Below, piece after piece: positions 1-9,070 of a DNA stretch of 64,000 bases. The notes beneath the pieces were generated by a model. That model did not search any database and was not told the origin of the DNA. It saw nothing but the letters and a program-made list of their open reading frames with translations. This DNA comes from Pseudomonadota bacterium. GTDB lineage: Bacteria > Myxococcota_A > Polyangia > Polyangiales > JAKSBK01. Position 1 is the stretch's first letter. The number at the start of each line of letters is the position of its first letter. The position numbers and the translations under genes are program-made. Location: positions 1,045-65,044 of the forward strand of contig JAKSBK010000148.1 in the NCBI GenBank assembly GCA_022361155.1, given 5' to 3'.

Positions 1-1291
1 CTTCCCTTGCAGCGATTGGGGCACGTCCGTCGTGGTGGACGGCTCGCAGCGCACGATCGTGGGAGGCGCCGCCGCGGACAACCGAGTGCTTGAGTGGGAA
101 AGTGGACATGCCCACTACGGGAACTTCGCACTCGCCCGCCTGGACGCCAGCGGGCGCCTGGACCCGTCCTTCGGAGACGAGGGCAGCTTCATCCTGGACG
201 AGGGCGATTTCGACTCGGTGGCGGACCTGGCGCTGGATTCGGAGGGCGTCATCGTCGGCGGTACGACGCAGCAGCGTGATGCGGGTCGCACCGGGCCGAG
301 GCGGGCCGTGGTATTCAGGCTGGACGATGACGGCGAGCTGGATGAGTCGTTCGGTGATCGGGGGATTGCGGGGCTCGGCCTCGGCGGCAGCGAGGCGGTC
401 GAAAGCGTGGCGGCGGGCCGGGAGGGGGACGTGTACGTCGCCGGGACCCTCGAGCGTGCCGGATGGACGCAAGGGTTTGTCGCGCGCTTGGACGATGAGG
501 GCAGGTTGGACCCCGCTTTCGGCAACCACGGCGTGGTGTACTTGGGCGCGCTTGCCGGGATGCATCGTGTTCACGGCATGCGCAGGACCGGCGGCGCGTT
601 GCTGGTTGCCGGAGCGCGGTCGTCCGACGGCACGACAGAGGCGATGGTAGTCCGCCTGAATCGCGACGGTCGGCTGACTCGTCGCTTTGCGGACGCAGGC
701 GTGGCCACCGTTGAGGTCCCGCACGCTGTGGCCGGCCAGGGTACGGCCTTCTTTTCCCGCCGTGGTGCAACGGCGGTCTCGCTTCAGGTGGTTGCTGAAG
801 CGGGGAGCCGCATCGCAACGGTGGTATTCGACCCGCGCGGGCACGCACAGCAGGGGACCGATGGGTATCTCGATGTGCTTGACGCACCGACGGGAGCGCT
901 GGATTTTGCCAATGCTGGTGCGTTCTTGTGGGGCCGCGCGATGTACCTGGCAGGTGCAACCTACCCCCAAGACTTCGCTACAGGGGACGCTTTTTTGGCG
1001 CGCAAACGCGCGCAGGACGCCGGCTACGACGTCACGTCCGCCCACTTCGACCTCGAGTACGCCGCGTACAACGACCTCGCTGTGAACCGGAAGACGGTCA
1101 CAGCCGTGGGCTGGAACTTCGGAGAGGCCGACGACACGCTGCCCCCGAGCGACGCGCTGGTCGTGCGCTACCTGCATGACGGTAGGCTCGACACGACGTT
1201 CGGCGACGCAGGCGTCCTGAAGCTCGATTTCATGCGCGGTCAGGCCGTCTGCGGGCCTCGCGTCGTGGACTGCGCAACCGCTACCTGCTAG
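1..1291 (+). CDS. delta-60 repeat domain protein, 5' end outside the window
   Basis: The frame of the listed ORF (32..1291) stays open back to base 2, so the gene probably starts upstream. Five clear copies of the unit core G(R/E)L(D/T)xxF(G/A)(D/N)xG are present (GRLDPSFGDEG, GELDESFGDRG, GRLDPAFGNHG, GRLTRRFADAG, GRLDTTFGDAG), spaced about 55-60 aa apart. This is the signature of the TIGR02608 delta-60 repeat. Stop TAG at 1289-1291. Confidence 0.75.
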   Translation, partial: FPCSDWGTSVVVDGSQRTIVGGAAADNRVLEWESGHAHYGNFALARLDASGRLDPSFGDEGSFILDEGDFDSVADLALDSEGVIVGGTTQQRDAGRTGPRRAVVFRLDDDGELDESFGDRGIAGLGLGGSEAVESVAAGREGDVYVAGTLERAGWTQGFVARLDDEGRLDPAFGNHGVVYLGALAGMHRVHGMRRTGGALLVAGARSSDGTTEAMVVRLNRDGRLTRRFADAGVATVEVPHAVAGQGTAFFSRRGATAVSLQVVAEAGSRIATVVFDPRGHAQQGTDGYLDVLDAPTGALDFANAGAFLWGRAMYLAGATYPQDFATGDAFLARKRAQDAGYDVTSAHFDLEYAAYNDLAVNRKTVTAVGWNFGEADDTLPPSDALVVRYLHDGRLDTTFGDAGVLKLDFMRGQAVCGPRVVDCATATC

Positions 1292-1378
1292 AGGACCGCA
1301 TAGTTGCCTGTGGCAGGTAGCTGGCCGGGCTAGGACAAGCGGGCGGCCGCGGTCGATGAGCTCGGTCTGACTCACGCC

Positions 1379-4195
1379 GTGGACGCCGCATGCTGCTGGG
1401 AAGAGCCGGCCCGCCATGTTCGAGTGGACCGGCGCTCCCTGTGCCCGCACACCAACCGCCGCGCGAGCTCGCCCAGCGGCTCGCGCAGAGAGCGCGACGG
1501 CTTGAAGCAGGTGAGCGACAGATCTCCTCGTGGACCGCCGGCAGGTATCCGCACGCCGGACCGCCGCTCCAGTCCCGCTCGCGCTGCGATCCTGCTGGCC
1601 GTTTTGAGCGGGGCCGCAGCGCTCAGCCACGAGCTGCTTTGGACACGGCGCCTGTTCGACGCACTGGGGGGCAGCGCATCGGCCGCGGCGCGTGTCTTTG
1701 GAGCCTTTTTTCTGGGTTTGTCGCTCGGCGCGGCGCTCGTGAGCTGGCTGCCGAACCTCGCCCGGCGCCCGTGGCTTGCGCTGGCTCGAGCCGAACTCGC
1801 CATCGGCTTGCTTTCGCTGCCGATGCTGCTGCTTCCGGAGCTTGCCGACGAGCTGTGGCCTTGGCTGGGCGGCGCGGCGCTTACCGGCACGGCCGGCAGC
1901 TGGACGAAGCTCACCATCTCGCTTGCGGTGGTGTGTCCGCCCGCGATCGCCATGGGCATGACCCTGCCCTTGTTGACGGCAGCGTGTGTACGGAGCGCCA
2001 ACGCGTCGGGCCGCAGTGTTGCATCGAGCCGCAGTGTTGCATCGAGCCGCAGTGTTGCATCGAGCCGCAGTGTTGCATCGAACCGCAGTGTTGCATCGAA
2101 CCGCAGTGTGGTCTGGCTCTACGCGGCCAACACGGCCGGTGGCGTGCTCGGCTTGACCGCCGCGCTGTTGTTGTGCTTGCCAGCCCTGGGCACGGTCGGC
2201 TCGCTGGTGGCAACGGCGGCGCTCAATCTCGCCGTCGCCGCCTGCGCCTGGGTCCTGGCACGGCAAGACGGCTCGGAACAGGCTCAGACCAAACTTCCTG
2301 CGCCCCCCTTGCAACCGCCGGACAGACCGATCTGGCTGTACGCACTTTCGTTGCTGTCAGGCTTCGCAGTGCTCGCGGTAGAGGTCGCGCTGCTGCGCAT
2401 GCTCATGCTGGCCGCCACGACCTCCATGCACGCCCCTTTTGCGGTCTTGGTGGCGGTGATCGCTGCACTCGCGGCCGCCGCCTGGGCTGCGCCGCATCTG
2501 TTGCCGTCCCTGCCGATCCATACCCGGATTGCGATCCTGCTTGTGGGCGCTGCCCTGTGTTTTGGACTTGCGCCGCTCGCCTTCGCCAAACTGGCTGCAG
2601 TGCCCGGACTGCTCACGGCCAAGAGCGCCGAGGGCTTTGTGTTGCGTCTGACCGGCCTCACGCTCGTCGTTGGCGGACCGGCGTTGTGGTTGGCCGGCGC
2701 GGTCTTTCCGACGCTGCTCCAGACGCTCTCGGTGGGAAAACAAGCTGCGACCGGCCTCGCTCGCCTCCTCGCCTGCAACGGCGTGGGAGGGTTGCTAGGA
2801 GCCGAGACGGCATACCGGGTCCTCTTGCCTCGGTTCGGACCGTATCAAACGCTGGGAATCTGCGGCCTGCTCTACGTCGCGCTCGGCTCCCTGTGGTTCT
2901 TGAAGACGGCTCGCCCGAGTCGTGCGCTCGGTTACGCCTCGCCGGCATGGCTCGGCATCGCCGTCTTGAGCTTCGGGGTCTTGCCCGAGCTTCCCGTAGT
3001 CAACCCACATATGAGCTTCAACCTGCTCCAGGTCGAAAGCGGCCGCGAGGGCACGCTGGTGGTCGCCGAGCATCCCAAGATGGGACGACTCATGCTGGTG
3101 GACAACCAGTACGTCCTGGGCAGCACCCGCGCGCGCTACAACCAGGAGCGGCAGGCGCACCTGGCCTTGCTGGCGCACCCCCACCCCACGCAGGTCGGAT
3201 TCATCGGCATCGCAACCGGGTCGACGCCCGGCGCAGCCCTGCTGCACCCCGAAGTAGAGACGATTCACGCGGTGGAGATCTCGACCACGGTCGCACGGAT
3301 GGCAGAGCGCCACTTTGGCGACATGAATCACGGCGTCATGCGCGACCCGCGCACACGCCTCGTTCTCGAGGACGGGCGAATGTATGTGGCTGCAACTCGC
3401 GAGGCCCTGGACGTAGTCGCGGGCGACCTGTTCCTGCCGTGGGGCGCCGGTGCGGGGCGTCTGTACAGCGTGGAGCACTTCCGCAACGTGCGTCGCGCGT
3501 TGCGTGACGGCGGCGTGTTCTGCCAGTGGCTGCCGATGTACCAGCTCACGAGTAGGCAGCTTGCCATGGTGGTCAGGACGTTCCTGCAGGTCTTTCCGAA
3601 CGCGCACCTGTTCCGAGGCGGGTTCCACCCGGACCGCCCGGTGCTCGGCGTGCTTGGCATCAAGGGCGGAACACTCGACTGGTCGGTCATCGCAGACCGG
3701 ACACGGGCGGTGCGTAGCCATGACCGGATCAAGGACCCCACATGCCGCTGGGCCGAGGGCGTGGGGCTGCTCTATCTTGGTCCGGCAAACACGCTAGAGC
3801 TTCCGGAGGCACCCATCGTTCGGTTGTCCAACGTCGACTTCGAGCATGACGCAAGCAGCGTGCGCTTGTCCGGAGCCGGCCGGGAGGCGTACCTGTACAA
3901 CCGCAATTGGACGGAGTTCCTGAAGCGCCGGCACGCGTGGTTCAGCCGCGCAGCCGCGAACCAAGTGCCGGCCAACGTACGCGATCGGGCGCGGCTAGGA
4001 ATCGCGCTCACGAACCTCGATGTCGCGCGCCGCACGCGCCACCCGGCGACCGCGAAGCTTGCGCAACACATCGCCCGTACGTTTCCGGCTCAGATCTCTC
4101 TAGACCAGGGAGCCGAACGGTCCCAGTGGCCTGGGATCGGTCCCTGGAATCCTCCTCGAGCGAGCCGGGCGACCGAGGATCGTCCGAAGCTCTAA
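1379..4195 (+). CDS. fused polytopic membrane / spermidine synthase-like (SAM-MTase fold) protein
   Basis: The N-terminal two thirds is made of long hydrophobic segments (AAILLAVLSGAAALSHELLWTRRLF..., many Ala/Leu/Gly-rich spans). The C-terminal part carries spermidine-synthase-like motifs (LMLVDNQYVLGS, VGFIGIATGSTPGAAL, IHAVEISTTVARMAERHF, LDVVAGDLFLPW, GGVFCQWLPMYQL). The start is uncertain: GTG 1379 is listed, and the in-frame GTG 1511 would remove an Arg/Pro-rich leader. Confidence 0.7.
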   Translation: MDAACCWEEPARHVRVDRRSLCPHTNRRASSPSGSRRERDGLKQVSDRSPRGPPAGIRTPDRRSSPARAAILLAVLSGAAALSHELLWTRRLFDALGGSASAAARVFGAFFLGLSLGAALVSWLPNLARRPWLALARAELAIGLLSLPMLLLPELADELWPWLGGAALTGTAGSWTKLTISLAVVCPPAIAMGMTLPLLTAACVRSANASGRSVASSRSVASSRSVASSRSVASNRSVASNRSVVWLYAANTAGGVLGLTAALLLCLPALGTVGSLVATAALNLAVAACAWVLARQDGSEQAQTKLPAPPLQPPDRPIWLYALSLLSGFAVLAVEVALLRMLMLAATTSMHAPFAVLVAVIAALAAAAWAAPHLLPSLPIHTRIAILLVGAALCFGLAPLAFAKLAAVPGLLTAKSAEGFVLRLTGLTLVVGGPALWLAGAVFPTLLQTLSVGKQAATGLARLLACNGVGGLLGAETAYRVLLPRFGPYQTLGICGLLYVALGSLWFLKTARPSRALGYASPAWLGIAVLSFGVLPELPVVNPHMSFNLLQVESGREGTLVVAEHPKMGRLMLVDNQYVLGSTRARYNQERQAHLALLAHPHPTQVGFIGIATGSTPGAALLHPEVETIHAVEISTTVARMAERHFGDMNHGVMRDPRTRLVLEDGRMYVAATREALDVVAGDLFLPWGAGAGRLYSVEHFRNVRRALRDGGVFCQWLPMYQLTSRQLAMVVRTFLQVFPNAHLFRGGFHPDRPVLGVLGIKGGTLDWSVIADRTRAVRSHDRIKDPTCRWAEGVGLLYLGPANTLELPEAPIVRLSNVDFEHDASSVRLSGAGREAYLYNRNWTEFLKRRHAWFSRAAANQVPANVRDRARLGIALTNLDVARRTRHPATAKLAQHIARTFPAQISLDQGAERSQWPGIGPWNPPRASRATEDRPKL
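2011..2110 (+). repeat. 18-bp in-frame tandem repeat, about 5.5 copies (SRSVAS/NRSVAS)
   Basis: The unit ccgcagtgttgcatcga(g/a) repeats head to tail at 2011, 2029, 2047, 2065 and 2083, with a partial copy at 2101. It translates as GRSVAS-SRSVAS-SRSVAS-SRSVAS-NRSVAS-NRSV inside the membrane domain. Confidence 0.95.
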
Positions 4196-4272
4196 TGCAA
4201 TCGACTTGCACCAATTGACTGGGGACCTACGATGCCAGCTGGTGACCGATGCAAGCTAGATGCGCCAGCGCC
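4195..4272. repeat. dispersed short element, copy A (intergenic)
   Basis: ATGCAATCGACTTGCA ... GATGCCAG CTGGTGACCGATGC AAGCTAGATGCGCCAGCGCC. It shares ATGCRATCKACTTGCA, GGTGACCGATGC and AAGCTMGAYGCGC blocks, in the same order, with 11215-11315. Confidence 0.5.
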
Positions 4273-4302
4273 CCAAAACCGAGCGGCTTCCGGACTCTGG
4301 CC

Positions 4303-4968
4303 ATGCGTTGCCCGGCTGTGCTTTGCCTCCTGGCGTCGGCGTGTGCCGCCGAGCAGCCGGAAGCAAGGGCTCGCTACACGACGGGGCATGCGGACCTGCT
4401 CATGGCCCTGGGGCCGGATGCGACCGCCGGTATGCAGGTCTTTCTCGCGGCGGGCGGTGCGGTCATTGATGGCGAGCGAAAAACGAACCGCCGTTACGCG
4501 CTCACCGCCGTCGAGATCGTCTCAAGCGCCGTTTTCGAGCGGCCGGCGAAGGACAACGGTGCTTTCGATCTCCTGTGCACCGATCCCGGCGAAAGCGTGC
4601 GCTGGTTGCCCCAGAATCTCCAAGACGCTTCTCGGCGCGAGGCCCCCTTCCTCGGCCTTAGCGTGAAGGCCCCTTCCGGCTTGTTGGTCGATGACCAGCT
4701 GCGGCTTCGGCTCGTCTCCGTGACGCCCGATTCGGACACTGGCCACTACGCGCTGTGGCGAGACGGCTTGCGCCCAGAGTTCCACATGTCTACCTGCGAC
4801 GGCATCGATGCAGAGGACGAGCTTCCCCTTCCGATCGGCCACGACCACTTCAACATGGCCTTTTCCGCCCCGGGGCAGTGGTCTGTCCGCTACGGCGTTT
4901 CGGCCGCCACCCCGGAGGGCGGCATGATCGAGTCCGAGTTTTCAGTCAACTACACCCTGCTGAAGTGA
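4303..4968 (+). CDS. putative lipoprotein, possibly TIGR03769/choice-of-anchor-M-like metal-associated domain
   Basis: The internal ATG 4303 gives MRCPAVLCLLASAC, a signal peptide with lipobox LASAC. The motifs TTGHADLLMAL and LPIGHDHFNMAFSAPGQWSVRY resemble the H-x-H...W/F-x-F...G-x-Y core of the TIGR03769 domain. The stop overlaps the next gene's start (GTGA at 4965-4968). Confidence 0.55.
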   Translation: MRCPAVLCLLASACAAEQPEARARYTTGHADLLMALGPDATAGMQVFLAAGGAVIDGERKTNRRYALTAVEIVSSAVFERPAKDNGAFDLLCTDPGESVRWLPQNLQDASRREAPFLGLSVKAPSGLLVDDQLRLRLVSVTPDSDTGHYALWRDGLRPEFHMSTCDGIDAEDELPLPIGHDHFNMAFSAPGQWSVRYGVSAATPEGGMIESEFSVNYTLLK

Positions 4969-7346
4969 AACGTCCCGCCGACACCCGCTGGGGGGCGCTC
5001 GTACTCCTCGGCCCGCTGCTCCTGCTGGGCGCGTTCGATCGGGAGGCCCAGGCGGAAGACCGGCGTGCGGCCTTTGTGCTGTTTGTGAAAGACGCTCACA
5101 CGGACGGGCCCGTAGCGGGCGCGGTGATATCCGGAGCCGATGAGGCGGAGCTTGCGCGCTCGGGACGCGATGGCAAGGTAGTCGCAGCGCTCGCGCTCGC
5201 GCAGACGCAGATTCGCATAGACCACCCGAGCTACCGGGCGCGCAGCTTGCGGGTATCCGAGCTTGCCTCCGGCGGCGACCCGTTTCTCATCCTTTTGGAG
5301 CCGGCGGCCGCTCGGCCGGCGAAGGCAGTTGCGCAGGAGCCGGAGGAGACGGTTGCGCAGGAGCCGGAGCAGATCGTGGTCACCGCCCGCAAGCGGCGTG
5401 TCATCGCGCAAGTGACGGCGTTGTCGGGCATGGAGCTGCAGGACGCCATGCGGTCCAGCATGCCGGCAACCCTTGCCAGGTTGCCCGGGTTCTTCGCGGC
5501 CTACAATGGACCTGCCGCCTCGCGCCCCTCGGCCCGCGGCATGTCCGGCGACCGCCTTCTGATTCTCGAGGACGGGTTTCGAACCGGGGGCCTGTATTGG
5601 AGTGCCGCAGACCATGGCGTCATGGTCGAACCGCTTTCCGCTGCCACGATCGAGGTCGTTCGGGGAGCCGCCAGCCTGGCCTACGGAGCCGACGCCATCG
5701 GCGGCGCCGTAAACGTGCGGCGAGCCGATATCCCGGGTGTGCTTCCGGACGGCGTTGCAGTTCGGCTCGCGTCCCACCTCGAGTCGGTCAACCGGCAGTG
5801 GGCCCAGGCGGCCAACGTCTCTGCAGGCGCTGGGGACTGGGCTTTCCGCGTAGAGGAATCGACGAGTCGAGGCGGCGAGACGAGAACGCCACGCGGCAGA
5901 CTCACAGGCACCAGCTTTCGAGCGCGGGGGGCCGCCGCCGGCCTGGCCTGGCACCCGGTCTGGGGCGCCGCAGGGGTCGCATTGCGTTACTACGGCAACC
6001 AGTACGGTGTTCCCGGCGAGTTCGGGGGACAGCTGATCCCGGGCGGCCATCCCGGCGGCGCGTGGATTGAAACCAGTCGCATGCTAGGACGGGCAAGAGT
6101 CGTGCTCGAGCCGGACGCGGGCGCCCTGCTGCGTCGCGTGACCGTCGAAGGCAACCTCACGCAGTACGAGCACGACGAAATCGAGGCCCGCTTGCTGGGA
6201 CGCGCGAGCTTTGGCGCTCGCTTCAGGCTGCGGACCACCGAAGCCAGGGTGCTGTGCGAACACGGCAAGACCCAGGGGTCGAATGCCGGCACCTGGCATG
6301 GGGCGCTCGGGCTGTTGCTGTTGAGCCAAGAGCTCCAGTCGGGGGGCACGTCCCCGGGCAACCGGGGGGGCTCCAGCGTCAACTTCGCGGCCTTCGCCTA
6401 CGAGGAGGTCCCCGTTCGGGCCCTTCGAATTCAGGCGGGTGTTCGTTGGGATCTGCGAGCCAGCGCGCCCGGCTGGCTCGACCCGATCGCTGTTCGCACC
6501 GCGCAGCGGCGGATCCACAAAGAGGTCTCGCGACGCCGCTTCTCCGGCGGCTCCGGCTCCTTGTCGGTCCTGTGGCCCTTTGCGGATGGCTTCAGCGTTG
6601 GAACCACGGTGGCCCGTTCCTTTCGCGCCCCGACGCTTCAAGAGCTGTACTCGGATGGACCGCACCTGGCCGATTTCTCCTTCGATATCGGCAGCCCCGA
6701 CCTGCGAGCCGAGGTTGGAACCGGGATCGATGTCTTCCTCCGGGGGACCATACAACGCTTGCAGCTTCGGGGGTCGCTGTATGCGAGCCGCGTGAGCGGC
6801 TACGTGTACTACCTGGCCACGGGAGAGACGCGGCGGTTGATTCGCGAGGGCTTGCGTCCGGTCGAAACACCCGTGTACGAGGCTCGGTCGGCCGAGGCGC
6901 AGATCCTCGGCGGCGAAGGGCAACTCAAGTGGCACTTCATGCCGCCCCTCTCGGCCGAGGTGACCGCTTCCTATACGCGGGCCGAAACTGCCGCGGGCGA
7001 TCCCCTGCCGTTCATTCCACCCCTTTCGGGCGCCGCTTCTCTCCGATACGAGGGCGCCGTCGTGTTCGCTTCGCTGGAGTTGCGAACCAATGCGGGCCAG
7101 AGACGCGTGCCACGTCCCGTGAGCGTAGGGACACGCCAGCTTCTGCCGCAGCTCCCCACCGCTGGTACCACGCTCATCGGGGCCAAAGCCGGCCTGCGAC
7201 TGCAGCGGGGTGGCGCGGAGCACATGCTGACGGCCGAGCTGGCCAACGCCACCAACCGCGATTGGCGGTCCCACCTTTCCCGTGTCAAAGACATCGCCCC
7301 TCAGCCGGGGCGCAACTTGCTGCTTACCTACTCGCTAACCTTTTGA
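4965..7346 (+). CDS. TonB-dependent outer-membrane receptor with N-terminal carboxypeptidase-regulatory-like domain
   Basis: GTG 4965 gives a signal peptide (KRPADTRWGALVLLGPLLLLGAFDREAQA), followed by FVLFVKDAHTDGPVAGAVISG (CarboxypepD_reg-like). Plug-domain motifs are present (LARLPGFFAAYNGPAASRPSARGMSGDRLLILEDGFR, IEVVRGAASLAYGADAIGGAVNV). The C-terminal beta-barrel ends in RNLLLTYSLTF with a terminal Phe. The listed ORF start 4755 lies inside the upstream gene. Confidence 0.9.
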   Translation: MKRPADTRWGALVLLGPLLLLGAFDREAQAEDRRAAFVLFVKDAHTDGPVAGAVISGADEAELARSGRDGKVVAALALAQTQIRIDHPSYRARSLRVSELASGGDPFLILLEPAAARPAKAVAQEPEETVAQEPEQIVVTARKRRVIAQVTALSGMELQDAMRSSMPATLARLPGFFAAYNGPAASRPSARGMSGDRLLILEDGFRTGGLYWSAADHGVMVEPLSAATIEVVRGAASLAYGADAIGGAVNVRRADIPGVLPDGVAVRLASHLESVNRQWAQAANVSAGAGDWAFRVEESTSRGGETRTPRGRLTGTSFRARGAAAGLAWHPVWGAAGVALRYYGNQYGVPGEFGGQLIPGGHPGGAWIETSRMLGRARVVLEPDAGALLRRVTVEGNLTQYEHDEIEARLLGRASFGARFRLRTTEARVLCEHGKTQGSNAGTWHGALGLLLLSQELQSGGTSPGNRGGSSVNFAAFAYEEVPVRALRIQAGVRWDLRASAPGWLDPIAVRTAQRRIHKEVSRRRFSGGSGSLSVLWPFADGFSVGTTVARSFRAPTLQELYSDGPHLADFSFDIGSPDLRAEVGTGIDVFLRGTIQRLQLRGSLYASRVSGYVYYLATGETRRLIREGLRPVETPVYEARSAEAQILGGEGQLKWHFMPPLSAEVTASYTRAETAAGDPLPFIPPLSGAASLRYEGAVVFASLELRTNAGQRRVPRPVSVGTRQLLPQLPTAGTTLIGAKAGLRLQRGGAEHMLTAELANATNRDWRSHLSRVKDIAPQPGRNLLLTYSLTF
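5328..5375 (+). repeat. 24-bp in-frame tandem duplication (VAQEPEET / VAQEPEQI)
   Basis: gttgcgcaggagccggag(gagacg/cagatc) occurs at 5328 and 5352, in the linker between the N-terminal domain and the plug. Confidence 0.9.
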
Positions 7347-7360
7347 GCGGAGTCCCCATC

Positions 7361-8221
7361 ATGTACACGTATGCTCCGGCATGTAGGCTTCGAGCGCCAT
7401 TGCGACTCCGATCCGGCAAAGCCATCCCGAGCCGCAGCCCGACCTTCATCGGCATGGCATGCAGCCTCTGTGCGGCATGCAGCCAGCCAGTGCCCGAAGA
7501 ATCGTTCTGGCCGGGGGGCCACGGACATCTGGCGCGCGTCGAGCTCTACGACCTGGGTTCATCGACGCGCCTGGCGACATGGACCGAGAGCGCGGCCGCC
7601 TGGGAGATTGCGGCTGTAGATCCTCGGGCTTCCACCAGCGAGCACCCCTTGACGCTCGCGCAGCTGCCGCAGCTTGCTGGGTGGCGCCGCGGCAAGAAAG
7701 TCCAGCCCGCCGCGAAGGAGCCCGCAGCCGTCCACCTCCCCCCGGCCAGGCCAGCGAGCTCGCGCGAACACCTCCGCCCGGCCAAGCCAGCGAGCTCGCG
7801 CGAACCAGGGAGGTCGAGGGCGTCCGGTAGCGGCGTTGGCACGCTGCGGCTTCACCTCGCGGATGGTCCTCGGACCTTGCAGGTGAAGTACTTCGACACC
7901 CGAAAGGAGCTGGACCTGAGCCCCGCTGGACCCGACAGCCCGGCCGGGACACCGCAGTGTGGCGAGTTTTCGGCGCGCTACTATCCGTTCGATGACGAGA
8001 CGACCGCCATCACCTGGCCGAATGTGCCCCATTCGGAGGAACCGGACGGGCAGGCGCTCTATGGAGTGCAGGAGGAGGGAGCCATGGTCAGGATGTTCGA
8101 GTGCGATCGCGTCACGCTTTACCCGGAGCGCGCAGGCACGGTCGCGCTTGCCTTCGTACTGTGGCACGTCAACCACGCCGATCAGGAGACAGAACGGTTG
8201 ACGATCGAAATCGTCCGGTAG
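7361..8221 (+). CDS. hypothetical protein (possibly exported), function unknown
   Basis: Only the 3' part of listed ORF 6254..8221 is free of the TonB-receptor frame. The first ATG after the receptor stop is 7361, and a second candidate, ATG 7454, gives MACSLCAACSQ. The C-terminal half looks globular (VKYFDTRKELDL..., YYPFDDETTAITWPNVPH..., VALAFVLWHVNHADQETERLTIEIVR). I recognise no family. Confidence 0.5.
   Translation: MYTYAPACRLRAPLRLRSGKAIPSRSPTFIGMACSLCAACSQPVPEESFWPGGHGHLARVELYDLGSSTRLATWTESAAAWEIAAVDPRASTSEHPLTLAQLPQLAGWRRGKKVQPAAKEPAAVHLPPARPASSREHLRPAKPASSREPGRSRASGSGVGTLRLHLADGPRTLQVKYFDTRKELDLSPAGPDSPAGTPQCGEFSARYYPFDDETTAITWPNVPHSEEPDGQALYGVQEEGAMVRMFECDRVTLYPERAGTVALAFVLWHVNHADQETERLTIEIVR
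7741..7806 (+). repeat. 36-bp in-frame tandem duplication (PARPASSREHLR / PAKPASSREP)
   Basis: cccggcca(g/a)gccagcgagctcgcgcgaac occurs at 7741 and 7777, in the linker of the hypothetical protein. Confidence 0.85.
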
Positions 8222-8296
8222 CGCTCCCGCGCATGCGTTCAACGGCGGCGTGCGATCGGCCGCAGGACATGGGGTCATCACCCCACCGCCCGTCGG

Positions 8297-8641
8297 TCAC
8301 GCCCGGTAGAGCGGCCCGTGGTCGTCGCAGTGTTCGCCGTGGGGATGATGCAGGTGGCCGTCGACCCAGTAGTCAACGTGGTCCCCATGAGGAACCGCTT
8401 CATGGCCGCAACCCGGCCCATGCGTATGGGTGTTCGCGTGGCCGCCGCAGGCGTGGTCGGGAGTGCAGCCAGCAGGGTTGTTCGCGCCGACGTCGATCGC
8501 GTGCTCGTCTACATGATCCTCATGGGGATGATGAAGATGCCCGTCGTGCAAGTAATCGACGTGGTCACCGTGCCGGACCGCCGTGTGGCCGCAGTCGACT
8601 CCGTGCTGGTGACCGTGATTGGCGTGAGGTTTGCAGCTCAT
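8297..8641 (-). CDS. His/Cys-rich metal-binding protein with an internal duplication
   Basis: From ATG 8641 the protein reads MSCKPHANHGHQHGVDCGHTAVRHGDHVDYLHDGHLHHPHEDHVDEH, and a second copy reads GCGHEAVPHGDHVDYWVDGHLHHPHGEHCDDH. It lies 36 nt downstream of, and co-oriented with, the ArsR/SmtB gene. Confidence 0.75.
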   Translation of the reverse strand: MSCKPHANHGHQHGVDCGHTAVRHGDHVDYLHDGHLHHPHEDHVDEHAIDVGANNPAGCTPDHACGGHANTHTHGPGCGHEAVPHGDHVDYWVDGHLHHPHGEHCDDHGPLYRA

Positions 8642-8676
8642 GACAAGGCTCCTTTCTTGGCAATTTGACTCAGCTT

Positions 8677-9036
8677 TCATTCCGAAATCTCCAGGCCCGC
8701 GATACGTGCCTCGTGGCTCGCCACGTGACGAGCGTGCTCGAGCACGACGTCCAGGAGTTTGGTGACGTGCTCATCGGCCAGCCGGTAGTACTGGTGCCGC
8801 TCTTCACGCCGCCTGGCCACGAGACCTTCTCGTGCAAGCAGCTGCAGGCGATTCGATGTTGTGGTAACGGCTTCGCCGAGGTGCTCCGCGAGCCCCGACA
8901 CACATGCTTCGCCCTCACGCAGACACTCCAAGAGGCGGAGGCGCTCGGGACTGCTCGCGGCTTTGAGCATCGTGGCCGCGCGCCTCAGCAGCGCATCGGA
9001 AACGTGCTGGCTGTGCTTGGGCGACACATGGGTCAT
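8677..9036 (-). CDS. ArsR/SmtB-family metalloregulatory transcription factor
   Basis: Winged-HTH core LKAASSPERLRLLECLREGEACVSGLAEHLGEAVTTTSNRLQLLAREGLVARRREERHQYYRLAD. The ATG at 9036 is preferred; the listed GTG at 9051 is an alternative. Confidence 0.85.
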   Translation of the reverse strand: MTHVSPKHSQHVSDALLRRAATMLKAASSPERLRLLECLREGEACVSGLAEHLGEAVTTTSNRLQLLAREGLVARRREERHQYYRLADEHVTKLLDVVLEHARHVASHEARIAGLEISE

Positions 9037-9054
9037 GGTATCTGCGGGCACTGT

Positions 9055-9070
9055 TCCATGGATTCATGAA
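9055..9070. promoter_or_regulatory. two abutting 8-bp perfect palindromes, candidate ArsR/SmtB operator
   Basis: TCCATGGA (9055-9062) is immediately followed by TTCATGAA (9063-9070). They sit in an AT-enriched patch directly upstream of the arsR-like start, in the divergent region shared with the permease gene. Confidence 0.3.

Noticed and set aside
1390-3507. 705-aa alternative-frame ORF overlapping the membrane/spermidine-synthase-like gene
   Set aside because: It is a low-complexity Arg/Pro/Gly-rich translation without motifs. The 1379 frame has TM segments and the SAM-fold motifs.
4195-4215. Sigma54-like promoter (ATGCAATCGACTTGCA resembles TGGCAC-N5-TTGCA)
   Set aside because: The invariant GG of the -24 element is missing. 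The same block also occurs between convergent genes (11215), where no promoter is expected.
6254-7360. 5' part of listed ORF 6254-8221
   Set aside because: It overlaps the TonB-receptor coding frame and its translation is Arg/Gly-rich. Only the part after the receptor stop (from ATG 7361) is treated as coding.
8318-8668. Plus-strand 116-aa ORF antisense to the His-rich gene
   Set aside because: The minus-strand product has a striking duplicated His/Cys motif and lies in operon position behind arsR. The plus-strand product is a featureless Val/Met-rich mirror translation.
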